Positions 23,639 through 35,248 are shown, counted from the stretch's first letter. The stretch is DNA of 64,000 bases from Diplonema japonicum (GCA_964019335.1 OZ025670.1:310001-374000); one strand, 5' to 3'. The notes: a model not told the origin generated them from the letters alone. A program made the numbers and translations.

Positions 23639-24510
23639 ATGGCAACACCTAGTTTCTCCCGTTTAATAGTGTTGAAGTACAGTGGGCCGCCGCCAAAGCC
23701 GGTAGAAGCTGTGGCGACACCTACCCCCGATGAGGAGTATGAGATTTGTATTGAGGAACAGAAGGCGAGGTCCGCTCAAGCACACGAAGACAGTGTAAAA
23801 GCAAGGGAAGAGGCTTCGAAAACCAAGTCTATGATGGGGAAGCTTGGGGGTTTTACAAAGGTTTTTTTTTTTTTTTTTTTTTTTCAAAACAACAAAATAG
23901 TCGGCTCTGACGACCATGGGTGACGCCGTTGACAAGGCCCATGCGTCCACTGAGTCGATGGCCAGGGGACAGCTTACCTCCAGAAATCAGCAGCAATTTG
24001 TTCAGGAGTTCCCAGCATTGGTATTCCCAGTGAAAATCTTTTCTTTAAAAAAAAATAAATAAAAAGGCCGAAAACTCGAAGTACGTGTGCGCATATGGGT
24101 GCAAAGTTATGCACAGCGGCCAGAAAATCGAAGGGACTGCATTTGTTTGCAGCACTGCTGTAGCGTTTACTAGTAAAATCGGCATTCGTGACACCTTCCC
24201 CCTGAACGAGATCGCGTCACTTTCCCCTTCCGTGGCGCTCCCCACATCTAAAGCAATGAATGGTAAGGAAGACAGCCCTCCTTACATCTTGCCCCTGCCG
24301 CACCCCAGTGTCCAAGGAAACTGTCTGCAGCTCTTTACCACCGACTCGAAAATCATTCAATTCCTTGAGTTCAACGACATGCTCGTCTCTGCCTCCAAGC
24401 AGGTCACCAGCTCTGTTAAGGGCACTGCATATGATAGGCTGTACAACTTCTTGGATCACGCATGGCGTGCGTATGTTCAAGTGCCTCTTGCAATTGATTA
24501 TCTGTCGTAA
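23639..24510 (+). CDS. GRAM/PH-like domain protein; introns 23861-23900, 24021-24066
   Basis: Spliced frame gives F...FP...YGCKVMHSGQKIEG...AVAF, a GRAM-like pattern, and ends YNFLDHAWR. Confidence 0.6.
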
Positions 24511-25025
24511 AATAAAATAAAAAAGAAAAAAAAAAAAAAAAGAGGGGAGGGAAAAAAAAATGGGGGGGGAGATATGAAGAATAGAAAAGAAGAAGAAAAG
24601 AAAGAAGAAAAAAAAAACCTGTTTCCCTCTTGTTTCTTACCTTCCCCAACCTCCTTGCCCCCCCCCCCATATTAAACTAATACATTTAAACAAAAAAGAG
24701 GGGGGAAAGATGGGGTTTTTTTAGGGGGGTAAAAAAAGAATCCCTTTCTGTTCATGTTCAAGGTGGTAAGTCTTGCGTTGGACGTGGAGGAGGGTCTTTG
24801 CACCAGGTTATCCATGTGTGCTTTTTTTTTTTTTTTTTTTTTTTTTTTTTCCCATGGTGCAGAGAAAAAAAAGAAGAAAAAAAAACAGAATTCTTACTCT
24901 TTTATTATTAAGAACACCCTGTCCCCCCCCCCCCCCCCCCCCCCTTCTTTTTTCTTCTTGTTTTTATGTTCGTTTTTAGTATTTCTTTTTCCCTGCCTTA
25001 ACACCAGAAAAAAAAAGTAGGAAGA

Positions 25026-25391
25026 ATGGGAATAAAGGCTATGCGGAACGCACCTCTGCTATTCAGCCTCTTGCTGGCGTGCTGCAAGTGTGCTGTGGGG
25101 GATGTGCAGTTTACTCTTGTAACGAGCCCCAGCTACTCTTTCACCTGCACCTCGACTTGTAGCTCCAGCAACTACATGACTACCAGCAACGGGGGGAGAT
25201 ATGATAGGTATATCTACGGCAATGCTGCAGAGGAGAATTTGAAGCAAATCCACGTTGTCCCCTCAGACATCACCTCCTCGTTCTGTGTTGGTGAGATCTC
25301 CACAGAAACCTTCTCTTTAGTCCTCCACAACCCAAGCGGTGACCGCTCAATCGTGACCTCTTTTTACTACACTTCATCCAAATTATCTTAA
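25026..25391 (+). CDS. Small putative secreted protein (or gene fragment)
   Basis: Hydrophobic signal-like N-terminus; 121 aa ORF in balanced-composition DNA. Confidence 0.4.
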   Translation: MGIKAMRNAPLLFSLLLACCKCAVGDVQFTLVTSPSYSFTCTSTCSSSNYMTTSNGGRYDRYIYGNAAEENLKQIHVVPSDITSSFCVGEISTETFSLVLHNPSGDRSIVTSFYYTSSKLS

Positions 25392-25759
25392 AAAAGTTGG
25401 CTTTTCCAAGTTAACACTGTCCTTCTTTTTTTTTTAAATTAATTATGTACCGCAAACCTGTTGTCGACAACATGCTTAAGCCGTCCCGTTCACGAAGCTT
25501 TGTTTTGTTATATACCTATATAACAATATAGTACAGAGTTCGAAGGAGTGATCTAGCCGGGTTACCAGGTGCTTATACCTTGTGGTTGTTGTTTTCCCGC
25601 AGGACAACTACTGCGAAAATAACGGGGGTATCTTTTTCGGGGTTTTACCCCCCTCCCTCCCCCCCCAGTCTGGACTTCTACGTAATAATAATCCCAAATA
25701 AGGTAAAACAGCTTTAACACAACTAACTACACGCGAAAATAAATATCCTGAGAGGAAAG

Positions 25760-26983
25760 ATGTCTATCCAAATGATTGAAGTGCCGATGAAGTTCGAGCT
25801 TGTAAGGAACGGGGAAGTGGTGGAGACGCGGAGGACGCGCCTGGTGAACCCGTCGTTTGAGGCGGTGGCGGCAGTGGGGGCTGGATGGTCGAGGGGGAAG
25901 AGCACGACGCTGCAGTACGTGGACGACGAGGGGGACCTTGTGACGATGGACACTGAGGGGGAGTGGTGCGAGTGCATGCGCTTGTGGAGGAGCGGGGTGG
26001 CGAACAAGGCCCTCGTGGTTCGTCTGGTGCTCCCCTCTCTTGAGGGTGGGAAGGGTCGTGGTCCCTGCTGGTGGAGGAAGGCTGCCGAGAGGTGCAGGAG
26101 CAGGAGCCGATCAGGGAGCAGGAGCCGGGAGGAGCAGGGAGCAGGAGCCGGGAGGAGTAGGGAGCAGGAGGCTGAGAGGTGCAGGAGCAGATCCAGGAGC
26201 AAGAGCCCTTGCAACGAGCGTCAGCAGACCGTCGAGAACCTTAGGGAGTGGGCGCAGCTCCCTACCTTCAGGTCTAAGGACATGGGGGCCGAAGCGGGAG
26301 AGCAATGCAAGGGGTGTGACTACATGACGACTGGTGTGGCACCTGGACACTGCTGCTGGGCTTGCATGAGCGGGACATCTCAGCACGGCCCCATGTGCAT
26401 GAGGCAGCAGCAGCCGCAGCAGCCTGAAAAGGCTCACACGGATGTTGTTGAGGGAGAGACGGCTGTTGAAGAGGCCCACATGGATGTTGTGGAGGAAGCA
26501 GTTCAGGAGCAATGCAGTGGGTGTAATATATCGCTCCCTGAGGGGGTGGCTGGAATGTGTTGCGAGCAGTGTGCGAACAACAACAAGAGGGAAGAGAAGG
26601 AGCCTGAACACCTTCTTTGGGTACCCGAGGTGCCCCCCCTGAGCCCTGTAGAAGCCCTGCTCCCCTTTCAGTCATCTGTCGCAGGGTCGTCTCCTGTGTT
26701 AGTAGATGTGCCTGAGTGCGAAGGGACATCGATCTGTGGTAGTATCGAATCTTTGACACATGAGCTAGTGGACCCTGTCCCAGCACCTGAACTTGAATTA
26801 GATGAACAGGATGAAGTGCCCGTTCCTGTGGAGGTGGAGGCACCTGCTCCTGCGGAGGTGGAGTACGCACAACAGATCACCGCCCTGCAGGGGATGGGGT
26901 TCCCTGTTGACGGAACCTTGCTTGCCGCCCTGAAGGTCAACAACGGTGACCTTGCGAAGGCTGTGAACATGCTGTTGATGTGA
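25760..26983 (+). CDS. PB1-Cys/His modules-UBA protein, copy B (lacks the TPR-like block)
   Basis: PB1 nearly identical to the other copies; expanded RS linker; one full and one partial Cys module; UBA-like LQGMGF. Confidence 0.8.
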   Translation: MSIQMIEVPMKFELVRNGEVVETRRTRLVNPSFEAVAAVGAGWSRGKSTTLQYVDDEGDLVTMDTEGEWCECMRLWRSGVANKALVVRLVLPSLEGGKGRGPCWWRKAAERCRSRSRSGSRSREEQGAGAGRSREQEAERCRSRSRSKSPCNERQQTVENLREWAQLPTFRSKDMGAEAGEQCKGCDYMTTGVAPGHCCWACMSGTSQHGPMCMRQQQPQQPEKAHTDVVEGETAVEEAHMDVVEEAVQEQCSGCNISLPEGVAGMCCEQCANNNKREEKEPEHLLWVPEVPPLSPVEALLPFQSSVAGSSPVLVDVPECEGTSICGSIESLTHELVDPVPAPELELDEQDEVPVPVEVEAPAPAEVEYAQQITALQGMGFPVDGTLLAALKVNNGDLAKAVNMLLM

Positions 26984-27521
26984 CCTGCTGGTCAACATTC
27001 CTTTCTTGCCTAGCTCCAATGGTGCACCAAAAGCTTACATACTAGAGAAAAAAAAGACGAAAAACGAAAAACTGGCAAACCAAACAGGGAATCGGCCCGC
27101 CATCTAGCCACGGGCAACTTTATATTACCTCAGCTTTTTTTTCCCCTTCCCCTGCCTTTTTAAAGAAAAGCAAGAGACTGCTTTAAAAAAAAAAAAAAGC
27201 AATTTACATTTTACAATTTTTTCATTTTTTTTTCAGAGCGCAACACGGGCAACAGCCCGCGAGAATGAGAACAGCCCCCCCCCCCCCCCCCCCCCCCACG
27301 TCCCTCTTGAGATCGCATTGATCTGATTTTACCGTTCCCCCCCCCCCCCATCTGCTTCATTTGAATGGTCACATTTTCTTTTTGGGTAGTAGTTGGGTCG
27401 TGTTGCGTTGTCTCTCCCTCCGTTCCTTCTTCCTTTCTTCCTATCCTATTTTTTTTTTTTTTTTTTTTTTTTTCCCCTTCTCCCCCGTGTCCATCCAGAG
27501 GGCTTTAAAAAAAAAAAAGAA

Positions 27522-28250
27522 ATGCTGAGCCCCGACGAGTCGCCTTGGTTAGAAAACCTCGTTGCGTACCATAACAAACACAAGACTGGGGCAAGTGTAC
27601 ATGATGTAAAGCAATTGTTAGTTGATCACAATGGCTTTGAAGAAGATTATTACAAGACACTGGAAGCAAAGTATGGCGAGAGGCCAGAGTGGCCCGAGAA
27701 TGTTCCACAGAGGGAGGAAGAAGATATGTGTCAGGGGACATCCGTCCAAGCAGGCCTTCTTGCTCAGCTAGCCATGACAAAATCTGTCATCGAAGACTTG
27801 GAAGATCAGCTCAAGTCAAACGGCTCTGATGAGGTATTAAGCTTAAGAAAGCTCCTCAGGGAAAGCCAAGAAAGGGAAAGGAAACAAATACGTCTGAATA
27901 ACCATCTTTCAGAAAGATTGCTCAACCTTACAGCCGCTCTTAGGGAACTGCAAAAGCAAGCCGAGGGTTCACAAGAACCTGAGAGCTTTGATGATGTTGG
28001 GGTAGATGAAATTGAGGCCCCACCGCAAACACGGTCCCTTCCAAGTAGTACTCCTGAGGAGCAAAATGAGGGCTTACAAGAACAGCCTCAGCCTCAGCCT
28101 CAGCCACACCCCACACCTGCTACCGAATACAAAAAGCAAATCGAGTCGCTACAAGGGATGGGCTTCCCTATAGACGACACCTTGTTGACTGCGCTTCGCA
28201 TAACGAGAGGAAACGTTGCCAGAACCGTCGAGATGCTCTTGGTGTTCTGA
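27522..28250 (+). CDS. Small helical domain-coiled coil-UBA protein
   Basis: C-terminal EYKKQIESLQGMGFPIDDTLL homologous to the UBA of the PB1 family; unrelated N-terminus (LEAKYGERP). Confidence 0.7.
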   Translation: MLSPDESPWLENLVAYHNKHKTGASVHDVKQLLVDHNGFEEDYYKTLEAKYGERPEWPENVPQREEEDMCQGTSVQAGLLAQLAMTKSVIEDLEDQLKSNGSDEVLSLRKLLRESQERERKQIRLNNHLSERLLNLTAALRELQKQAEGSQEPESFDDVGVDEIEAPPQTRSLPSSTPEEQNEGLQEQPQPQPQPHPTPATEYKKQIESLQGMGFPIDDTLLTALRITRGNVARTVEMLLVF

Positions 28251-28622
28251 TCCTCAGGGTGTTTCCTTCTTGCTCCACTCTATTTTTTTTTTTTTTTGTT
28301 GGGAAAAGTACTCTCCAAACCTGCTGGGACGCTAGTGGGAACCGCTGAAGGGTGCCTCTCGCCTGGAGAGGTCAGCACCTGGAGGAGTCGCGAGATTTGA
28401 CCGAAACTGAGAGATACCTAGTACTGGCCATACCCCCACCCCTTTTTTTAGGCATGCAGCTTTCGTTTCAGTGAGCTTGCATGTTAATTTGAGTTTTTTT
28501 GAACTCTTTTAATTCTATCCCCGCTTGCCCATACTCCCCCCTTTTTTTAGAGTAGTGCCGTTTTTTGCATTTGGAAAAGCCTCAGAGCACCACAGCTTTT
28601 ATTTCCACACAAAACAAACACA

Positions 28623-30329
28623 ATGTCTGCCCAAATGATTGAAGTGCCGATGAAGTTCGAGCTTGTAAGGAACGGGGAAGTGGTGGAGACGCGGAGGACG
28701 CGCTTGGTGAACCCGTCGTTCGAGGCGGTGGCGGCAGTGGGGGCTGGATGGTCGAGGGGGAAGAGCACGACGCTGCAGTACGTGGACGACGAGGGGGACC
28801 TTGTGACGATGGACACTGAGGGGGAGTGGTGCGAGTGCATGCGCTTGTGGAGGAGCGGGGTGGCGAACAAGGCCCTCGTGGTTCGTCTGGTGCTCCCCTC
28901 TCTTGAGGGTGGGAAGGGTCGTGGTCCCTGCTGGTGGAGGAAGGCTGCCGAGAGGTGCAGGAGCAGATCCAGGAGCAGGAGCCGATCAGGGAGCAGGAGC
29001 CCTTGCAAGAGGCGCCAGAGTCCCTGCCGAAGGGGGTGGGGCTTCATGATGGAGAGCATCGATGCAGAGGAACCAGAGAAGGCACCAACTGCGTCTCAGG
29101 CTGTTGTGGTGGAGAAGATCCTGAAGAAGCTTCACGGAGAGGACACGATGGTGGCCCTTGCGAGCGGGACTGTTGACGCGAAGGCCCTCGGGTGCAAAGG
29201 GTGGCTTTCTGTGAAGGTTCTGGAGGACGGTGAAGTGGACCTGGACGTGAAGGTTCGGAAGCTGTACAACATGCTGCACCAGAAGGGCCTCGACTCCTTG
29301 CACTCGAAGGATGTTGAGGCTGTGGACTGGTTCACTCTGTGCACGGAGCTGGAGCCTTCTCGGTGTGTCGGTTGGTACAACCTTTCCTGTGCTCTGCTGG
29401 TGCTGCAGGTTCCCCTTCAGAAGGGAGAGGCGGAGAAGGAGCAGGTTGTGTCACAGGCTCTGGAGGCTTTGGAAGGGGCGGTGAAGAACGGCTACAGCAA
29501 GTGGCGCCACATGGCGACCGATCCTGACCTGGAGGAAGTGAGGAAGAACCCCAGGTTCCTTGCCCTCTTCCCCGAGAGGATCAGGGACAGGGTGGCGGCA
29601 CGCCTTTCAGATGATGAGTCGCCTTTCTCCAAATGTGGTCGTGGACAGAGACGTGGACATGGGCACTGGCACGGACACGGACACAAACACGGACACCACG
29701 AAGGTCACGGTTGGGGTGGGATGCATGCCTTGAGAGGATTCATGGGTGGGATGTACAACTGTGAAGAAAACAAAGAAGCTGAAGTTCACCCTCTTGCCCG
29801 CTTGTTCGGAAAACGGATGGAGAAGGAGGAGGAACAGGTTATGACGCGGGTCAAGTGCAGTGGGTGCGGGTTCATGACAACAGGGCTAACTGCCGATTAC
29901 TGCTGCAAGGCGTGTGCGAAGGGGAAGGGACATGGGAAGAAGTGTGAACAGAAGTCATTTCTCAATATGGAAATGATGGAACCCGAGCCAACAATCCCCG
30001 TGCAATCTGAACCCGTTCTTGAGGTACCTCTTCGTGGGTGGGGGGAGGAGCCCTTGGTTTGTGAATCGGTTTCCGACCCTCTACCTTCTGCCCCTGCTGT
30101 GGACTGCCTCCCAAAAATACCTCTGGAACCTTCTATTCCTTGTTCTGAACCCCAACCTGTCATGATAGAGCAAGCGCCTGTTCCTGTACCTGAACTTGAA
30201 GAGATGGAATACGTAGAGCAGCTATCAGCCCTGCAGGGGATGGGCTTCCCTGTCAACGAAGCACTGCTTGCCGCCCTGAAGGTCAACAACGGCGACCTTG
30301 CGAAGGTTGTGGACATGCTCTTCGCTTAA
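28623..30329 (+). CDS. PB1-TPR-like-His/Gly-Cys module-UBA protein, copy C
   Basis: Same motifs as copy A plus a GHGHWHGHGHKHGHH tract. Confidence 0.8.
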   Translation: MSAQMIEVPMKFELVRNGEVVETRRTRLVNPSFEAVAAVGAGWSRGKSTTLQYVDDEGDLVTMDTEGEWCECMRLWRSGVANKALVVRLVLPSLEGGKGRGPCWWRKAAERCRSRSRSRSRSGSRSPCKRRQSPCRRGWGFMMESIDAEEPEKAPTASQAVVVEKILKKLHGEDTMVALASGTVDAKALGCKGWLSVKVLEDGEVDLDVKVRKLYNMLHQKGLDSLHSKDVEAVDWFTLCTELEPSRCVGWYNLSCALLVLQVPLQKGEAEKEQVVSQALEALEGAVKNGYSKWRHMATDPDLEEVRKNPRFLALFPERIRDRVAARLSDDESPFSKCGRGQRRGHGHWHGHGHKHGHHEGHGWGGMHALRGFMGGMYNCEENKEAEVHPLARLFGKRMEKEEEQVMTRVKCSGCGFMTTGLTADYCCKACAKGKGHGKKCEQKSFLNMEMMEPEPTIPVQSEPVLEVPLRGWGEEPLVCESVSDPLPSAPAVDCLPKIPLEPSIPCSEPQPVMIEQAPVPVPELEEMEYVEQLSALQGMGFPVNEALLAALKVNNGDLAKVVDMLFA

Positions 30330-30690
30330 GTTATCGCTTTCAACTTCTTCCGTTCTAGCTCTCAGACGCGTAGGGATGATGTGGTATAGGGGAAAATATA
30401 CCACGTTTCCACGTTTTAAACTCCATCGGTATTACCGTCCGTTTCTTTAACGCTGCTACTATTTATAATTTGCTGGCACTCTGGTTTTGGGATCCCATAC
30501 TTCTTTTTTTTCAGGCATCCTGACATACGGCAGGTAAATGTCTCTTTTTCTTTTCTTTTCTTCTCTTTATCTTGCCTCAACCTCTCTCTCTCTCTAGCCG
30601 TTTTTTTGTTTTTTTTGTCTTTCTTATTGCAACCCTAACACCTGCATATACAACAAAAACAAACACCACCACAGCTTCCGATCAAGAAAA

Positions 30691-31203
30691 ATGCCGAAGA
30701 ACAAAGGAAAGGGAGGAAAGAACAGGAAGAGGGGCACGAACAAGAACGAGCCTGAGAAGCGAGACCTGAACCTGAAGGAGGAAGGGCAGGAGTACGGGCA
30801 GGTGATCAAGATGCTCGGAAACGGGAGGCTGGAGGTGTACTGCTTCGATGGGACGAGGAGGCTGGGAGTGATCTGCGGGAAGATGAGGAAGAAGAGTTGG
30901 GTGAGCAACGGGGACATTGTGCTGGTGGGGCTGAGGGACTTCCAGGACAGCAAGTGTGACGTGATCATGAAGTACCTTCCTGACGAGGCGAAGCGTCTGC
31001 AGAAGATGAAGGAGATCCCGGAGCATGTGAAGCAGAACGAGGACGAGGACACGAGGCCGGGTGACGACAACATCGTCTTCGAGCATGGCTCTGACGACTC
31101 GGACGATGACGAGTACCAGCCGCAGGGCAACGCACGCTACCAGCCCGGCGACTCCGATGAGGAGTCAGGCGAGCTCGAAGACTTCAACGTCGATGACATC
31201 TAG
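30691..31203 (+). CDS. EIF1A: Translation initiation factor eIF1A, copy 1
   Basis: [15 protein letters not shown]; [18 protein letters not shown]; LRDFQD; acidic tail. Confidence 0.95.
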   Translation: MPKNKGKGGKNRKRGTNKNEPEKRDLNLKEEGQEYGQVIKMLGNGRLEVYCFDGTRRLGVICGKMRKKSWVSNGDIVLVGLRDFQDSKCDVIMKYLPDEAKRLQKMKEIPEHVKQNEDEDTRPGDDNIVFEHGSDDSDDDEYQPQGNARYQPGDSDEESGELEDFNVDDI

Positions 31204-31750
31204 AGAGCCCTGGGGGGCCTGAGAAGGGTGGGGAGGATGGAGCAAGATAGGTGTCAAGTAGAAGAGACTGTAACGGCAGTATCAGCAGTACACAACACAT
31301 CACAGCGATTACGGAATGGGAACACACAATTTACTTGAACCCACTAAAGACGTGTTTATCAATTTTCTTGTTAGGTTCTTTGCCCCCACAGGCGGCAACC
31401 TGTGAGACTGGGCAGGAGAGCGAGACAGGTCAATCAACTTTCTCGCCCTTCGCTGGTCCTTGCCAGCAACCCTTCCAAGCGAGCACGTCCACAGTGAACA
31501 GAAAATAGAGGGTGTTGTTCCCGACAAGCAACCGAGAAGAAAGATTAGAAAAAAAAAAGAATTTAAAAAAAAAAAAGATTTAACAAAAAAAAAAACGTTT
31601 TCATCTTAATATGTATTGGAGGGAGGAGCCCCCCCAAGAAAAAAAGAGAAAGCCTACCCCCCCCCCCCCCCACCCGTCCACCTGTTATTTTCTGTTTTTT
31701 TTTTCCCATTCATATTAGTATCTGAGTGTTTTTGAAAGGGGGTGGAGGAG

Positions 31751-32571
31751 ATGGACGAAGAAAGCTCCCCAGGACCTCCTCCGGCACAAGGTTTATGCAG
31801 GGACTTGGAGTTATTCGTGGCGACCCCAGATGACCTGGTGTGTGAAATAGGAGGTGGTGTGATTATTGAACCTGTTGTGATAGATGTAGAAGGGTGCAGG
31901 CATGTGTTCTGTAAGGGGTGCATGGCTGCCTGGTCGGGTACGTGCCCTCTGTGTAAGACGCCTTATAGCAGCGAGAACCTAACGGCGTCGGTGGCTCACA
32001 AGCTGAGGGCGTTGGAGCTGACTGCGAAGTGCGACCACAAGAACAAAGGTTGTTCATGGGAAGGGAAACTAGCATTCCTTCACGACCACCTGCAGGAATG
32101 CCTTCACACCACAAAGGTGGAGTGCTACTATTGGATGTACGGGTGCTCCTACACGGGAACTGCTGAGGAACGAGAGCACCACCTCCTCGATCAAGCGCAA
32201 GAACACCTCCAACTTCTCTGCCAACGTCTTGAAGCCTATGGTGACAATGGTGAGTTCCCTGTCACTCCTGAAACCGATGCTGTAATTAAACACTCAGGAG
32301 GGCTTACTGATGACCAGTGTGACTTGTTTCGTGTGTCTGTCTCGCAGAGCCTTTCCCCTGTAGATATCTCGTCTAGGTTTCGGGAGCTTTACCCCACGCA
32401 GGCCTGGTCGGTGATGAAGTGCCTCCGTTCTGGTTGCGACCAACACGTTGAATCCTTGGTGTGATTTTTTTTTTTTTTTTTTTTTTTGAACTTCTTTTTA
32501 AACTCCATTAGGGCTTCGTCGAAATCGCTTACAGGCATCATCTCTGGACTCTCATCTCCAACAAGCTTTAG
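31751..32571 (+). CDS. RING plus TRAF-type zinc finger protein with a C-terminal extension; intron 32459-32511
   Basis: GCRHVFCKGC...CPLCK; CDHKNKGCSWEG...HLQEC; VECYYWMYGC...HL. Confidence 0.75.
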
Positions 32572-33050
32572 AGGTTTTTTTTTTTTTTTTTTTGTTTTTT
32601 TTTTGCAAACACATCGTAAAGCAACTTGAACATAGTTGGGTGGTTGGGGTTTTCCTTTGAAGTGGGGGGGGGGGGGGGGGGGGTGCCTTAGCTTACGGGC
32701 GAAAGAACAAAAAAAAAAAGATGTCATGGCATGCCGTGGGGTCATCTAGCAACCTTTTAAGCTCACACCGTGCGTATTCTTTTTTAAATCATTTTTCTAA
32801 CTGGCGCCTGTAGGTTGTATTGGACACTAAGATTTTCTTTTTTTTTTTAACAGGATGGAAATGAATGCTCTGTTCTTATTTTTTTTAATTACTTAAACTT
32901 CCGTTTACCCCCTTTTTTTTTTCTTTTTCCAACTGCTTTTAGCTAATTTTTTTTTGTATTTAACAAGTATCTGCTCAGTTCTTGTAAGAACAAAAAGAAT
33001 AGTAGTGGTAGCATGCAGTACTTATCCCAGGATTTGTACCGTGTGCACAG

Positions 33051-33296
33051 GCTCCGGACCCGTTAGTGACCCATCAGAAATCGCAATATGACGAGCTAAA
33101 AAAATTTCCAATTGCTTTTCAAGGGCTAGAATGGATTTATTTGCGTCTGGGGCCCGATGTGTGACATATGGATTTTCTAGAAAAAAGATTTCAGTGAGCC
33201 TTTGGACATTTTTTTTGATTTTCTCTTGTGTGACTCTCGGGGTTTCCCTGGAGTAACCACTATGGACAAGGCCGGGTCACTTAACGGATCCGAAGC
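33051..33296. mobile_element. MITE-like element with about 22 bp imperfect terminal inverted repeats
   Basis: gctccggacccgttagtgaccc (33051-33072) against gggtcacttaacggatccgaagc (33274-33296); no clear target-site duplication. Confidence 0.45.
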
Positions 33297-33403
33297 GTAA
33301 GTACCAACTCTTTTTTAAAAGTGCTTTTGTTTCTTGCTTTAATTGGAAACCATACACAGCTGTTCCTTTCCACACCACACACACACACACACACACTATC
33401 ACA

Positions 33404-35248
33404 ATGTCTGCCCAAATGATTGAAGTGCCGATGAAGTTCGAGCTTGTAAGGAACGGGGAAGTGGTGGAGACGCGGAGGACGCGCCTGGTGAACCCGTCGT
33501 TTGAGGCGGTGGCGGCAGTGGGGGCTGGATGGTCGAGGGGGAAGAGCACGACGCTGCAGTACGTGGACGACGAGGGGGACCTTGTGACGATGGACACTGA
33601 GGGGGAGTGGTGCGAGTGCATGCGCTTGTGGAGAGGAGAAGGGACGCTGAAGGTCCGTCTGGTGCTCCCCTCTCTTGAGGGTGGGAAGGGTCGTGGTCCC
33701 TGCTGGTGGAGGAAGGCTGCCGAGAGGTGCAGGAGCAGATCCAGGAGCAGGAGCCGATCAGGGAGCAGGAGCCCTTGCAAGAGGCGCCAGAGTCCCTGCC
33801 GAAGGGGGTGGGGCTTCATGATGGAGAGCATCGATGCAGAGGAACCAGAGAAGGCACCAACTGCGTCTCAGGCTGTTGTGGTGGAGAAGATCCTGAAGAA
33901 GCTTCACGGAGAGGACACGATGGTGGCCCTTGCGAGCGGGACTGTTGACGCGAAGGCCCTCGGGTGCAAAGGGTGGCTTTCTGTGAAGGTTCTGGAGGAC
34001 GGTGAAGTGGACCTGGACGTGAAGGTTCGGAAGCTGTACAACATGCTGCACCAGAAGGGCCTCGACTCCTTGCACTCGAAGGATGTTGAGGCTGTGGACT
34101 GGTTCACTCTGTGCACGGAGCTGGAGCCTTCTCGGTGTGTCGGTTGGTACAACCTTTCCTGTGCTCTGCTGGTGCTGCAGGTTCCCCTTCAGAAGGGAGA
34201 GGCGGAGAAGGAGCAGGTTGTGTCACAGGCTCTGGAGGCTTTGGAAGGGGCGGTGAAGAACGGCTACAGCAAGTGGCGCCACATGGCGACCGATCCTGAC
34301 CTGGAGGAAGTGAGGAAGAACCCCAGGTTCCTTGCCCTCTTCCCCGAGAGGATCAGGGACAGGGTGGCGGCACGCCTTTCAGATGATGAGTCGCCTTTCT
34401 CTAGACATGCCCGGGTCAGCCACGGTGGGTGGGGTGGCATGGGCGCCTTAAAACGATTCCTTGGTGCGATGCACCACCCTCCTCTTGGGCATGTACACTA
34501 CCACCAACAGTCCCCGATTTTCGTAGCAGGAGAGCAATGCAAGGGGTGTGACTACATGACGACTGGTGTGGCACCTGAGCACTGCTGCTGGGCTTGCACG
34601 CAGGGAGCTGTGAACCACGGCCCATTGTGCGCTAAGCAGAAGAAAGTCGTGGTTGTGGAGGAAGAGAAGGCTATCGTGGAACAAATTCAAGAGCAATGCA
34701 GAGGGTGTGGGTCTTCGCTCCCTGAGGGGGTGGCTGGAATGTGTTGCAAGCAGTGTGTGAAGCACAATGGTGAACGCCACGGAGCCCGTTGCTGTTTGTA
34801 CCCCAAGGAGAAGAAGCAGAAGGGAATTTTAACGGGAGTTAAGTGCAAAAATGACTGCAGGTTCGAAGTGACGGGGCTTGCTAACGGGTACTGCTGCAAA
34901 GCGTGTGCGAAGGGGAAGGGTCATTCGAAGAAGTGCGAACAGAAGCCATTTCCATCCCTCGATATTGAAAAATTAAAACCCATACTTGAACCTCTCCTCG
35001 AGATTGTCCCTGCATCATCACCTGTGACCTCCGATCACTCTGTGGTGGAGGAACCAGCAGAACCAGAAATGTCGGAACCAGAGCCAGTCCCCGTGGAGGT
35101 GTCAGTACCAGCGCCTGCAGAAATTGAGTACGCACTGCAAATTAAAGCCCTACAAGGGATGGGCTTCCCTGTTAACGAAGCGCTGCTTTCCGCCCTGAAG
35201 GTCAACAACGGTGACCTTGCGAAGGTTGTGGACATGCTCTTTGCATAA
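33404..35248 (+). CDS. PB1-TPR-like-three Cys modules-UBA protein, copy D
   Basis: Same conserved blocks; three CCxxC-H-C modules. Confidence 0.8.
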   Translation: MSAQMIEVPMKFELVRNGEVVETRRTRLVNPSFEAVAAVGAGWSRGKSTTLQYVDDEGDLVTMDTEGEWCECMRLWRGEGTLKVRLVLPSLEGGKGRGPCWWRKAAERCRSRSRSRSRSGSRSPCKRRQSPCRRGWGFMMESIDAEEPEKAPTASQAVVVEKILKKLHGEDTMVALASGTVDAKALGCKGWLSVKVLEDGEVDLDVKVRKLYNMLHQKGLDSLHSKDVEAVDWFTLCTELEPSRCVGWYNLSCALLVLQVPLQKGEAEKEQVVSQALEALEGAVKNGYSKWRHMATDPDLEEVRKNPRFLALFPERIRDRVAARLSDDESPFSRHARVSHGGWGGMGALKRFLGAMHHPPLGHVHYHQQSPIFVAGEQCKGCDYMTTGVAPEHCCWACTQGAVNHGPLCAKQKKVVVVEEEKAIVEQIQEQCRGCGSSLPEGVAGMCCKQCVKHNGERHGARCCLYPKEKKQKGILTGVKCKNDCRFEVTGLANGYCCKACAKGKGHSKKCEQKPFPSLDIEKLKPILEPLLEIVPASSPVTSDHSVVEEPAEPEMSEPEPVPVEVSVPAPAEIEYALQIKALQGMGFPVNEALLSALKVNNGDLAKVVDMLFA

